From Auanema rhodensis (taxonomy: Eukaryota; Animalia; Nematoda): 64,000 bases of DNA. Below, in pieces: positions 37,734 to 51,625 of the stretch. How positions within the stretch are numbered: the first letter of the stretch is position 1; every line of letters begins with the position of its first letter. The position numbers were made by a program, and so were the translations under genes. The notes under the pieces were generated by a model, which was not told the DNA's origin, made no database searches, and saw only the letters and a list, made by a program, of their open reading frames with translations. The DNA lies in contig OZ059898.1 of assembly GCA_964057225.1 (NCBI GenBank), forward strand, positions 12,028,001-12,092,000, given 5' to 3'.

Positions 37734-40700
37734 GAGGCTATGACATGAGAACTGGCAACTAAGTGAGAAGAGCCCAACTTTATTAGTCTTATAATGAATT
37801 TAGGATAGCTTGCTCGTCGTTCACATTCTAAGATTCTGATATGGAAAAGCCAGGAGCAGCCAAAAAATGAAGAGAAAAAGAGAAAGTGAGCTACTGAACG
37901 TTTCATTCGATAACAGAGTTCTGAAGTAAAGTGAAAATGTTGATTATCCGTATCTTACAGCGGTCACGGCGACGACGATGTCGGTGTTGACGCCCCCACA
38001 TCAGTAGAAAGAGTGGAAAAAGTCAGGGCGGACGAAAAAGGAGAGAAGACGAAGTTGTGCGGAGCAGTGTGAAAGGAAGGAGGAGCGGGGGTTAAGAGCA
38101 GCGGTGTTAAAGAGAGCTATGTGTTATCTATTCCCAAAATAACATTAGAGACACGTGTGACTTGAGACAAGATATATAACTTGTCCCGTGTGTAGCTTTA
38201 TTTGGAAACTGCTGATTCTATTTTCAGAATAAATTTGACGTCACAAACAAATTGTCGCATCCCTCCTACACTTTTGTCTATTTTTCTTGTTTGATTCCTG
38301 ATTTGCAGCTTTAGCAGCATTCATATATATACATACTAAATGTGTACCCGACTGAAAAAAAAGGCTTGTCTACAGTTAAAGTTGAAAAAAATGAATAAGA
38401 AATAGATAAATAAGACAAGACGAAAAACATAAATGAAAGAGCAACAGAATAGAAAAAGCTGAATAAAATGACAATCATATGTATTAAGGGATATGAAAAT
38501 CTCTGTGATGACTCTAAGAGAGAATATGTTTATTCATAGCATATATGTATGTATAAACATATAAGATAATACCCAGTAACTCCATTTTTAATTGAAAAGC
38601 TAATGCTTCATCAACACACAAAAAAAGTTGTAACAACGGTCATTTCTGTGTGTGCAATGTGCATGTGCATGTGTATATATGGCTGCTGAAACTACTTTTC
38701 ACTTCTTGTTCTTGTTCTTCTTCTATTTTTCTATAACTTGTTTATGTACTAATATGTACATATATACTTATACATATAATATAAAGCTAAGAAAATACTA
38801 TTCATTAGCAAGTACGTACTTTTCTTTAGAAAATAATAATATTCTTTTGTATATGATACTATGAAATAGACGAGAAAGACCTTATCAACTTCTTAAGTTC
38901 ATTTATATATTTGTGTATTGGATCTGGAAGCTAATGAAGAAAAAATAAAAAAAATATGAGGTAAAAATTCTTTTTTTTTTTTCAACGTAACGTAGATCAA
39001 GAAGAAGAAAATATTTTTTTGAAGTTCAAAGTTTAGCCGGTTTATGATAAACGACACAGTGTTATGTTCCGTTAAAAGCAATGTATGATTTTTGAATTTC
39101 GCACATCCGTTGGTAAAGCCGGAAACTCGGATGAGTGTCTAAGGTGATTGAATTATCAACAGAAAAATAATGTTAGATGAAAACAAATTTATAAATGTAA
39201 ATGACAGAGATTTTATTACATTTTCGAACTATAAAGTCATTTTCTATATAATGATGATGATGATGATGATGAAAAGAGAGAAAATTAATAAAATATAAAT
39301 AGTTAGCTACATGCATGGATATTGCAAATGACGTCTTCATATCTTTCCTCATTTCTTTCTTTCTTTTTTTTTTTTGAATAATTTTCAAATTTAGTTTGTA
39401 GTACATCGATCATTAAATTAAAAACTTTTATTTTTTCAACACATATTCCAGGAATATTTCAAACAAACAAAAAACTTCAGATTTTCAGGACAAAATGTTG
39501 AGAGACATACTCCTGGATATTCCTATATTCACTCTGGCACGGCGTCACTAAGCATAAGTTCGAATGATTGATGAGGTGAAAGTTTAATCAGCTCGGCATG
39601 CTTAATCTACAAAGTCATTCACATATTTTGAATATGTATTGCCTTACTTTTGGCAACATTTGAACAGTTTGAATCAACTATATTGAAGCTTTGTTATAGT
39701 GAAAAGCCATGTAATGGATGGTCAAATGTGAGCACTATCACATAGCTTCATCATCATTTTCAGCTGCTCTAATGTAAAATTATGATATTTTCGATTAGAT
39801 ATCAGTCTATAGATGGAATAATAAATTTTTTTAATATATAATTTTCAAATATTCGTAAAGGCACGACGATTGCCAAAACAATACAGAAAGAATACGGTGT
39901 CATTGAAGCGAAGAGACTATCTCGACAATTTTTTGTTCAAAAAAGCTGCTTTGTTTTCAAAATTTTTGTCTCAAACCTTTTTGGCACTTTTCATAAATTT
40001 AGAACCGCTGTAGCTTCAAGTGACAAATAAAGCAGCTTTTTTCAACTTTTAAATATACATATACTATATATATATATATAGTTAGCCTATTACTAGTTTT
40101 AGAAAAAAAGTTTAAACATGCTGAGCATATACCAGCTTATAATTAAAAAATTAGAGTTGGTATACTGTAGTTGAATTGTCAGGAAAAGTTGAATATGATA
40201 CCAACTGTATACAGATTATTATCTGGTTTTTAACACAAATTATTAAGTTTTTTACATATGTCAAGCCTATTTTTCTATTTTTCTTTCGAATTTCAGATAA
40301 TTTTGAATAAAAATTGAATAAATGTACTTTATTATTCAATAAATATTTCCTTTATAATTATTATGAGTTTTATATAAACAATTTCAACCTTATAAATATA
40401 CTTTTTTAGTTAAATTTGATGAAATACCATTTTCTTTTAACTGAATTTCAAACTAAAACACATCAATTACTTGAATTTCACAGCCTAGTTCAGCTATATC
40501 ACTTTAACTTGTTCACCGTTGGAGGAATTTAGATGAAAACTTACAGCATGAAGTTTAAAAGAAAGAAAGAAATTTTATTTAACTAAGGGAGGATATAAAT
40601 TCAATTTTAAATGTGTTTTCACATTTATATCTTTTAAAAACAACATTACTTAACATTACTACTATTCAAATACTGATTTTATGATTTCAAAGGCCAATGA

Positions 40701-41448
40701 AGGAGAATGAAATTAAACTTTAAGAGGTTTAAGAATATTCGATTGCTGCTAAAAATACTTAAAAAGCTGATCTGATCGTAAAAAAATGACAGATGATGAG
40801 AAGAAAAAGTTTTTATTTCGAAAAGATATGTATTTATAATATTATAGAAATACATATATATATGTAAATATTGATTAATTATTATAATTATATATATAAA
40901 GTATAAGTTAAGTAACAAAACATATTAGAAGCATGATGAAGTTTCATATTCATTCATTTGCAATTCTAGTGTTATTGCTCTTTATTCATTTAGTTCACAT
41001 ACATACACATAGTATAGTATATATGTATTATATGTATTTAACTAGGAAATAATTCTTATATATCAATAACAATTAAAGTTTTGAACAATCTGAATAAATT
41101 AAAATATTTATTATAATTATGATAATTAAAGCAAGTTATATACTAGATGAGAAAAGATCTGTATGTATTCATGGTCAGATTGCACGCACTTTATCATCGT
41201 CGACATGAGCTGAAGTAGAAATTTGAAAATTGAAAGGGAATAACATGTACATGATATATAGTATTACAGTGAATATTCTCAAATATAAGTAGTAAGCATG
41301 TGTATGGATATGTAGATATCTTCAGATTTGTATTGACTGTGCACTTTGATGATCTGCCACAAGCTCAGCTTATTCAATGACATCGTCTTCAACAAATTGT
41401 TCTTGAATGGCATTTTCATCTGAGTAGTTCATCTAAGTAGTTCATGTT

Positions 41449-41484
<36 letters not shown>
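41449..41484. repeat. (GTT)n microsatellite
   Basis: Seen directly. Confidence 0.9.
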
Positions 41485-42869
41485 ATTTTTCTTCTTTGTT
41501 TATTTGTTTTTATTGATCTTGTTTGAAATTGTTTTTCATTTCTTCTAGTTTTCTAAATACAATGATTTGATCTTTGTGCGCTATGTGTTCATCATTCTGA
41601 AAGACATTTCTCATTCATCGTTGATACAGAAATGCTTCTAAGCAAATTCGTTTTTCATGTTACAGTATAAACTATTGATTAATTAATTTTTTTATTTCTA
41701 ATAATAACAAACAAAAAATCAAAGTTGATTTAAGCATTTATAACAAGAAATGTCTTTAAACTTCAAAGAGACAAAACCTAATTTGACATTATTTCAGCTT
41801 CTGATGCGTAAAACACAATATGCCTTCATTGCAAATAGAATAGACTGAAAATCTAATTTTCAAAGTTTTGGTATGAATATTGTAATCTGCTTTCATTTAA
41901 ATAAATCTCCTTGAATTAGTTGTAGAAAAATGATGATTTGATAAGTAAAAAATATCCTTATTCATGCTGAAATCTACATTGATTGCATGAAAACGAAGAA
42001 AGACGAGGAAGATGATGGAGAATAAGACGAACTTAAAGAGGGAAAGGAATAAAGAAAAGGAAGAGAAGATGAGAAATTCCAAAAAAAGAAAAAGATAATG
42101 AACTTCGGGGATATTTTCTATTTCCGCTTTATACGTATTATATTGCTATCAGTTCTATACTAGACAGGCAAACTCAGAACAATGTGAGAGAAGCGAAAAA
42201 GTTGAAGGGTAAACTAGAAAATTTCAAAATTTTATTGTTTTAAACCTATTGACTCAATATTTTTGTTAATTTTGTAAAATTAAGAGGAGAAAATAGAAAC
42301 TTTCGAAACTAATGTGTTCTGCCATCATCTTTCAAGTTGTTGTTGTTAGGTTCAGACTTGAGATGTTTCAAACCTGCAAGAACCTGGAAGAGCCGGAATA
42401 TGTTTTCAGTTGAATTGAATTGACTTTTCTTTTCTGATTTTGATGGAAATAAATGAATAATATGATAACAACGTGATTTCAATGATAAAATATATGAAAA
42501 CTCATGTTCTATGCTGTAATCCTCATCTGAAATTCTAGGAATTCTTTCTTCTTTTTTAATTTTGAATCATCAATCTGCGTTTTTTTTTGAATTTTTTTAT
42601 AAAAAAATGACAAATTTTTGAACAAACTAATTCATCATTTCTTTATATTTATAATTTAATAATTTTCTGAAGAACTTATTTTCCCCTTATTATATTTCAA
42701 ACATCTGTGAACCATTTGGAATTAAAATTTTTAAAGAAAAAGCGAAAAAAGGCCATCTTTTGTTTCATTTTGAACAAAAAAAATTGAATTAAAAGAAGAA
42801 AATGAATACAGTATAACATTGTAGTTGAGTTATATGTATAAAGTTATAAAATTAATGTCTTTGAATATA

Positions 42870-42872
<3 letters not shown>

Positions 42873-42919
<47 letters not shown>
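42873..42919. repeat. (AT)n microsatellite
   Basis: Seen directly. Confidence 0.9.
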
Positions 42920-42920
<1 letters not shown>

Positions 42921-43525
42921 TATATACTATATGTATATAGTTAGTATTTATTGTTTTCTTTCATATTTGTCAGTAAATCATTGTCAATCTTACATTTCTT
43001 TTTCCTTTAAATCTTTTATGAAAGTCATTAAGGTAGGTATAGTTAGTCACTTATTCACTATATGAATATCTATATATGTACATAGTATGTATAGCTTGTC
43101 TACTATGCACATATACAGAAAATGACTCTGTATACTAGAAGTAAAAACCTATTTATTCTTTCTTATGTGAATAAAATGAAAATGTTGTAATTCACAAATC
43201 AATATATGTATAACTTTAACTTTCAACTTTCAAATATTTTATTCTTATACTTTTCTTTTTAATTTAGCAACAAAGGTTTTTTTTTCTCCCTGTTTCCTTC
43301 ATATACTGCTTTCCACTACCAGTAACACCTCCTTCTTCATTCCTTTTACTCTCATAGTCTCACACATACTCTCACATACACAATTCAGTTTTCAAAATCA
43401 TCTAACGTTAGAAGTTAATTTATACTTAAAACTTTGCAACCCAACAACTTATTCTCATTTCAAAATGAGAAAAAAAAGTTTTTATTGTTTCACACAGTCA
43501 ATTCAAATACATATTTGCATCCAGC

Positions 43526-43527
<2 letters not shown>

Positions 43528-43557
<30 letters not shown>
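43528..43557. repeat. (CAT)n microsatellite
   Basis: Ten CAT units; explains the poly-His ORF. Confidence 0.9.
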
Positions 43558-43794
43558 TGGCGGCAGTTCCTCCTATTCAGAAACGTTGCTTTGAAAAATA
43601 GCTTCGAAAACAGTTTCTTTGTTGCATTATGGCTTTGTCCTTCTAATCGTCTGATTTTTTGATATTTTGTATATATGAAGAATAATATTCTGAGAATAAT
43701 AACATCTTATTTCTAAATATATTTGAATGGATAATTAAAATTAATTTTATTTATAATCAGCTTTATATAAACTTTTTTTTATCATTTTTTCTAT

Positions 43795-43826
43795 TCCCTC
43801 TCTCTTTCTTTCTCTTTCTCTCTCTT

Positions 43827-43879
<53 letters not shown>
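43795..43879. repeat. Compound (TC)n microsatellite
   Basis: Seen directly. Confidence 0.9.
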
Positions 43880-44810
43880 ATTTATTTATCTATCTCTTCT
43901 TTTTCTGATCTCTTTTAATATCTTGGAACACTTATATTTATTTCATTTTTTAGAATACATGTATGTAAATTTGAATTTATTATTTTTCATCTTATTATTT
44001 AAGATAAAAGGGGATGTAACCCTTTCAACAAATATTAAAAATAAAAGAATAATAAGATAATTGTTTGAAAGAGAAATGGAGAAAAAAAAGTTTGTTTAAG
44101 GAAAATGAAATAAAGTTCTGAAAAATAGCTGAACAGGTACATATGTATATAACATTGGGCACTCTCCCTTTTCTTGTTCCTCTTTCACTCTCTCCCTCTC
44201 TCTTTTCTGTTTCTCTCTCTCTCTCTCTCTTGTTAGGCTTTTGTCAGTTGGAGTCCAGTGTGGATTTTAGAGTCACTTCTTGTTGAGAATGTTCTCTGAG
44301 CTGAAGCTCTCTAGCAATTACTTTTCTTTTTATAAGATCTTCTTCATTCATTCTCCATATTTATTATCTGTATTTATTTATGTATAAGATAGTTATATTG
44401 CTTTAAATAACTATATATCTTATATATATATATATCTTATATATGTATATAATCTCACATATTCATATACTGTTTCCATTATTTCCAGCGAAGCTCATTT
44501 GATTTCCTATTCCTATTTCCATCATCCATATTTGTATTCATCCAAACTTTCTGTTTTTTAACGACAAAAAAAAACGAGTAAATTAGCTTATAAATATTCT
44601 GATTCCCAAAGTGAGTATGAACGTTGGTAGTCTCATAAAAAAACTTCACTCATCTTTTCTTCTTTTTCTTTTTTTATTCCAATTCTTCTTCTTTCTTCTC
44701 ACCAATAACATAGATTATTTAATATTTTATTACCTCTATCTATCTATTAATATATCTTTATACATAAGATTAACATTCATTTATATATAATTTTCTATTT
44801 CTTTATAGAT

Positions 44811-45227
44811 ATGAGATTTTTTCCATTAATACTACTATTTTGCGCCTGCTTTGCCATGATTGAAGCTAGACAGGACTATTCTGCTTGTAAGGAAGTTATT
44901 TCATTCTGTCAACTTTTTGGGATCAAATTACTCAGATGACATATGTCATATACTATATACTCACAACTCACATAATTTTCTTTTATTCTAATCTTTCATA
45001 TATAATGTTTTTATTTTTTAAAAGAAATTTTCATTTAGGTAATCTTGGAAGTCGGGAAATGTGTACTGTAATTCCAAGCCATTTCTGTTGTCGTAAAAAC
45101 AGGTAATATATTCATATATCTTCATTAATACTCATATATATTTAATTTAACTTTCAGATTCAGACGTATTGTTCGTAATAAAGGATTGAAAAATCGAGGA
45201 AGATCCTATTATATTCGTCTTGTATAA
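44811..45227 (+). CDS. Small secreted Cys-containing peptide with cationic tail (69 aa, 3 coding exons), absent from the ORF track
   Basis: Exons 44811-44886, 45039-45102 and 45158-45227 (phases 1 and 2 match). Translation: MRFFPLILLFCACFAMIEARQDYSACNLGSREMCTVIPSHFCCRKNRFRRIVRNKGLKNRGRSYYIRLV*. A probable non-coding upstream exon spans 44489-44610 (TTTCCAG acceptor, GTGAGT donor). Confidence 0.8.
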
Positions 45228-45868
45228 CCATATTTAACAGCCAAAAGCTCTCTGTTCTTCGTATTTTTCTTTTAAGTCTTTTTCATCGTCTTCTTCTTCT
45301 TTTTTTCTTCAAAGTATGCTCGGCTTGGACCATCAAATCCTACATTCAGACTTTACATGATCTCTGATTATAACAGCTTTATGTTATTTATATCAAAGTC
45401 TATCATGCTTGATTAGATTTGCTGAAAATCATTATAGTTATCTTATCTTAATAAATGATTATTTTAGTATTTACTTGATTTTCTTTTTCATTAATTATAT
45501 TTCAATAAGAAGTTGTTTGTTTACAAAAAAAAATGAAAAATTTTCAAGTTTTAAGTTTGATATCATGCTTATTATGAAGAAAAAGGAGGAACTCCTTGTT
45601 CAAAAATTGTTCCTACATGTTTTTCTATTCAATAGTTCAAATATTCGTGAACTTTTGAAAAACATTTATCACAAAGTTTCATATGAAAATTCTTCCAACA
45701 AACATACATGTACGCGAACAGATTGAGGAAGGGATTTCAAAGAAAAGAATAAGAAAAAAAGAGAAAAAGCTGTGCTCCCTCGGAGCATATGCTGATTGAG
45801 AAAGATGTTCAAGCTCACATTTTAGATTTTGAGAAAATTTATGATATTTATGGGAAATCACAGACGTG

Positions 45869-46095
45869 TCAAGGGTTATACATCATCCGGACGCCGCCTA
45901 TCCTTATGACTGATGCTCTTTTCTTCTTCCTCTCTGGCTCATCTTGTCCGATATCCATTGCTCCTGCTGCTCTTCGTCCAGAAACATTCTGATCTGCATC
46001 AATTGATCTGAGATTTAAAGATGTTTCACATAAAAAATAATTAAAAATGAAATAAATTATTATTTTTTCTTGTCATCAGACAGATCTTTTTCCAT
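45869..46095 (-). CDS. Possible 50-aa two-exon ORF
   Basis: GC-richer coding-like island. Intron 46008-46081 (GTCTGA...CTCAG) gives MEKDLSIDADQNVSGRRAAGAMDIGQDEPERKKKRASVIRIGGVRMMYNP*. The donor is weak and alternative frames are also open. Confidence 0.3.
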
Positions 46096-46328
46096 TTTTT
46101 GATTTGTTCCAGCTATTCTCCCAATTGACACTTCTATAACTGATAACAATTCTTTATCTATCCATCTTCTGACATACGCTTAGATTATTCATGTCCTTTG
46201 AAAAACTGATTACTACTCTCTTCAGGCATCATACACACACATACACACATACATCTTTATAATTTTAAAAAACCTTTTTTTATAATTATATTTATTATAT
46301 TTTAAGATTAATTAAATATCAATTAACT

Positions 46329-48061
46329 ATGCGATATTTTGCCATTCTCTTGCTTGGCATTAGCTATGTGCTTACTGAGCCGAATGACCGCAATGCTGGA
46401 ATATTTTTCCGCCTCAATCAGAAGTCAATTGACTATATTTCAGGTATTATTTGCTCCAATTTTTTTTATTATTTCATGCTCTAATGTTATGAAAATATTT
46501 TTTAGTATAGCAGAAAAACAAAAATCTATTCTTCAAATACCAAATCTTCATTATATGATTTTATGAGCAGTTTATTCTATTTATAGACCTAGCATCTGAT
46601 GCTTTGCCGCAGTTATTAAACAAACTCAGCCCACCAGATGTTAAAGTTAGTGTTGCCAAGATTTACGATACTCTTATACATGAGGTCACAAAACCGAATA
46701 TATCTGCTAAGTTTGTAGAAGGAAAAGGTATTGAACTAGGAAATATACTGGCTATACCAAATTAATTATTCATCTTCAAGGTGCTCGTGCTGATATACTT
46801 CTCCCGTATATTCGTGTATCATCACATGCTCAAGTTTCTCTAGTATTTTTTGAATATGAAGGTGGGTAATGAGAGGAAAAATAATTAAACAACTAAGCAT
46901 TTAGGTGCTTTCCTTGTTGATATTCATAACTTGACAATTGGCATGGAAATTCACTATTCAAGAAATGAGACAACTGGTCGCAATGTTATTGATGTTCGTG
47001 AGCTTCCAAGAGTTCAGTTCTCAATCTGTTTCTTATTTAGGCTCCATACTGTAACGTCACACATTCAGATGTTAAATTGATCATTGACGAGGATTCAGAT
47101 TTGAATTCTATTCGAGATAATATTAAAGATGCTGTAAGTTCAAGTTTAAATTAATTCCTAAAACGAAAAACTATATAGATTATTGGGGGATTACGTACAG
47201 CAGTTTGTGAGACAGCCATTGAAGCTTTAAGATACATTGATGAGCAGGATGTTCAAGTAAGAATTCGATTACATTCGAACATCAGTTTTTTGATTTTTAA
47301 GGATGCATCATTACCCGAAGAAACAACTTATGCTCCACAAATTATCGATATTGATGATGAAGGTACATTGAGCATAACCGAATTAGGTGCCAGCTTGTGC
47401 AAGGTAAAGCTATATTGATTCACGAATTAAGAATATTCTGAGTGTTGAAGGTTGATTCATTGGTAAAAGAGGATGATGATGCATCTGCAAAAACTGCAGC
47501 TCCCACTCTCTCATCGCCAGAAACAGTATATCCCTCCCTGTCCTGGAGTCCAGATTTGAGTCTTGTTTATCCTCCACAATTCACTAAAGATGTAAGTTTA
47601 AAAATTAAATATCACATAAATGAATATATAAAAAGTGAAATGCAACCGCTAATTACAATTAAAATATTTAAAATGAATTTTGCACATTGCAACACGTACG
47701 TGTTTCATGTTCTCTTGTTCTTTTTGCAAATATGCTAATATTACTAATCAAGTTTTTAATGAAAACAAAAAAAAATTCAAAATTAAGGATGTTGTATTTG
47801 GCTTTGACGGTGGAATATTGCTGAATGGACAGGCCGCTAATGATGTGGAAAAGCCACAGACATTGAATGTGAGCGTATTAAATGAAAAGGTTTCTTTTTA
47901 AAATACGATAATTGAGAAACAATTTGTTTTTCTACTTTATCTAGATGATTGGCATTCTGATCTCAGAATATATTCCAAATACGTTGTTGGCTCACATTTA
48001 TGATTCTGGAATAGGGACAATTCATGAAAGGTTTGCTTCGAAGAAAGAAAAAAAAGCTGAG

Positions 48062-48111
<50 letters not shown>

Positions 48112-49166
48112 GAGAGAGAGAAAGAGAAAATGAAAGAGAAAGAGAAAATGAGAGAGAAAGAGAGAAAAGGATGTTCTTTACTTTTCTATTAGATTTGTGC
48201 CATCCGACCTTCCAAAAGTTTTGAGCAAATTAGGAAAGCTCATGTGCTCCAAATGCTATTTGGATATCAATGCAACATTAACGAGGTAAAAAAATACGAT
48301 ATATGAATTGTTTTTTTGAATTGAAATTGCAAATTTAAGCAAGCCTCTTCTTGAAATCAACTCGAAACTTGGTGCACGTATTCTCATTTCTGGAAACGTC
48401 ACATTCAATTTCCAGGGTAACAAACTTCATTTTCCCTTTTCTTCTGCAGATGAAACAAAAAACAATTTTTTTCTAGGGAGAAAAGAAAATTATAATCTTC
48501 TTCATGCAAACATCTCACTTCATGTTACTGTAAGATGACACGTTATGAACAAATGTATATATTGAAAGAATATAATTTCAGTTGAAGCCTACAATTCGTC
48601 ATTCACGTGTATACGGTGATGTTTCTCTCGCATCAGTTGATGTCAACGTTTTCGATGTTTGTTTTCATACTTTTCTTACTTGAAATCATGAATAGAATCA
48701 AAATTTCTATTTCTTTTATCTTTTTTGTCTTTTTTTGTCTTCAAAATCCAAAAGATTAATCATCATATTCAGATGGCCATGGGCGGAATTATGGCTGTAC
48801 CATTAGAGAAATTGACATCATTTGTGATTCCTCGAGTACTTTGGCCTCAGGTTAAGAAACGTCTTCGTTTTGCTCTGAACAAGCGAGGTAAATATGATCC
48901 TGTGCATGATTTTTGATTTTTTCCGAAATTTTTGAAATTATTTGAATAACTGAATCATACTTTCCTTCATTTCTTCAATTTCAGGAGTTCAACTACCAGT
49001 TCTATGTGGAGTAGAATTGGAGCATTTATCTCTGTCATATATTGACCACGCTATAGTAGTCAATACTGATTTCAACTTTGATTTGCCTTTGTTTGTCAAC
49101 AAATTCAAAATTTATTTAGGCTATAAGTCTCAATATAATACAAATCTTCCGAAATATATTTATTAA
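46329..49166 (+). CDS. LBP/BPI/CETP (TULIP) family secreted lipid-binding protein, ~16 exons
   Basis: Signal peptide, then NAGIFFRLNQKSIDYISDLASDALPQLL (BPI N-terminal start). C-domain motifs MIGILISEYIPNTLLAHIY and RGVQLPVLCGVELEHLSLSYIDHAIVVNTDFNFD. TAA at 49164-49166. Confidence 0.9.
48065..48165. repeat. (GA)n microsatellite in a BPI-gene intron
   Basis: Seen directly. Confidence 0.9.
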
Positions 49167-49349
49167 AAGAAAACAATTTTATTGTTTTTTTTTTCATTTA
49201 GTCTGATGCACAGCATAAAAATTGCTTTTAATAAAGAAAAAAACCTTATACAAATATGTCTAATTTTACTTATATTAATAAATTTATTGTATAATAAATA
49301 AATTTAAAGAAATAAAAGATGAATTAATAAACCTAAAATTGCCTTAAAA

Positions 49350-51308
49350 CTACCCTCTTTGAAGAAAAAACACGAGATTTGCTACGAGTAATGTGATTGA
49401 GAGCAGCAACAGATAAACATGTAAGCTTCGTGTGATAAAATGATTAATTCGACGTTTAGCTGATATGGAAAACCTGTAAATCGTATAATTAAAATGTCTC
49501 AATAAGGCAATTCAACTCACAAACATCCATCTTTGTCAGCTGATTTATCATAATTGATGAGAAAGATGCCCAGAATAGATAAAATTGTCACCGATAACAG
49601 CTCCAATATCAGATTTACAGTTACAAATATTGCTTAAGAATAGAAATATTATTATATATGTTTGAAAATAGATATACATAGTATAGGTACATATGATGAT
49701 TTCGGCTGGTTTTCCGTTGTTATCTGTATAATCATAATTGTCGCAAGAATAGCTGAGAACCCCAAGTTAATCTGAAAATGCAACACAAACATATCATTAA
49801 AGCACTTTTTTCCTTTAAACTACTTTTTCTCCTAACGTTTCCTTTGTAATTCGAGAGAAAAACATTCCAATAAATGCTAGAGAAGTTAAGATTATTGATG
49901 GAATGACTATGAGAACAAAATAGAATTGTGAATTTCGCTTCATCGACACAAAAAATTGAGCCTGAAATTCTCATCAGAATATGCTTCAAATTATTCTTCT
50001 GATTGATACAGTTGGATATTCTAAACCATCTGATCCTTCTCGTGTATTGTTTGGACCCCTTGAAATGGATACAACAGCCCATTCACCACTACTGGCTTGT
50101 TTCAAATCAACTGACTTATAAACAAATGGTCTAAGAGTTAATTCACGTGATATATATGTGTATGATGTTAAAACTATATGACAAAGTTGTGTATCTTTTG
50201 GAAAATTGCCAATCTGAAATAGAAAATTCAGTGAAATTTGATGTTTGAATAAGGCTTCACATCTAGAACACATAAGACAGTCTGAACCAAGGTGCCTATG
50301 AATGTCACAGATCCATTGTACTTTACCTGAAATATTTGAACTTCGATGTTATTCCTTTTGCTTTATACCGTAACTGACATAGACATTTCAGCTTGAACTC
50401 TATTACCACTTATGGGATTTACGGAGATTCTAAACAGCATACATATGTTATTATACTTATAGACATATAATTATATGTATATATTCATTATAAAACATTA
50501 AAGCTCAGAAAACTTGCAGCTGTTCTGGTGTGATATCAGGTGCCCATAGTACATATGATGGTAGAACAACTTCTTTAATTCCATCGAAATCATCAGGATT
50601 CCATTTTAATCGAAAATCAGGCCATTTCTATAAAAAAAATAATTATTATAAATATTATAATTTAATTATTATATCATATAATATATAATTATTTACTATA
50701 ATTAATTCAGTAATAACGGTTATGGATTGTTCCAAAGAATCCTGAAATATATTATTTTAATTTATATTTTATAAACTTAAAAATAGAATAACTTACAACT
50801 GATAAAAGTCGTGCATATGTTATACCAACATCTACTGAAATAGGGTTAACATATTCAGAATACCGAGCTGAAAATGTGACATTTCATAATGTCAATTCTG
50901 ATAAAAAAAAAAGAAAAAATGCTGATTATGATGAAATATTCCCTAATGTTGCTGTGGTGCTGAATTGTAGATTATGAATTTAATTTGAAAAAAAAAATGC
51001 AACCGATCAGCATGTTTTTACATTCAAAAATGAGAATATAATTAGTATTTGACGTCATATAATCTGCAAATTAGCATAAAGTATAATATCTAACCTCTTG
51101 AATATAATGGTGCAACATCTGATTTATAATCTTTAAGTAGATGTTGAATTAATCGTGTTTGTTTCATTTGAAATTCCAATAATGTTTCTTTAAAAAAAAC
51201 GAATTTGTTTTCGAAAAACAAAAATCAATGGAATTTTTGAGAAAAAAAACAAACCATTTGAACCATTAATATCATATATACAGATTATAATAATAACAAT
51301 ATAGACAT
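49350..51308 (-). CDS. Cys-loop ligand-gated ion channel subunit 1 (divergent, non-alpha, cation-type M2)
   Basis: WPDFRLKWNPDDFDGI...LWAPDI; Cys-loop CVLDIGNFPKDTQLC; SSGEW; KRNSQFYFVLIVIPSII (M1); GEKINLGFSAILATIMII (M2); PKSSYVPIL; short M3-M4 loop; TAG at 49350-49352. Confidence 0.9.
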
Positions 51309-51625
51309 TGAATTTCATGAATTAAAGTTGTTGCTTTAGTTTCAGAAACAGACAGTTAGAATCGAATTTCTGATTCAATTGACAACTTTTTTTGATTCTT
51401 CTTCTTTGTTTCATATGCAATATTTAAACAAATACTTGTATTGACTTTAGATATGAAATAAGTACATGTGGTTAATACTTTGTCTGTGTGTGCGTGTGTG
51501 TCATCTTTATGAAATTTAATACAAACTCGTCTAGACATAATTTCTTATAGTTACAATTATTTATTTATTTTCATCTTCAAAGATAACATTAAAATAAAAA
51601 TTTTTTTAATTTTATTTATATTAAT

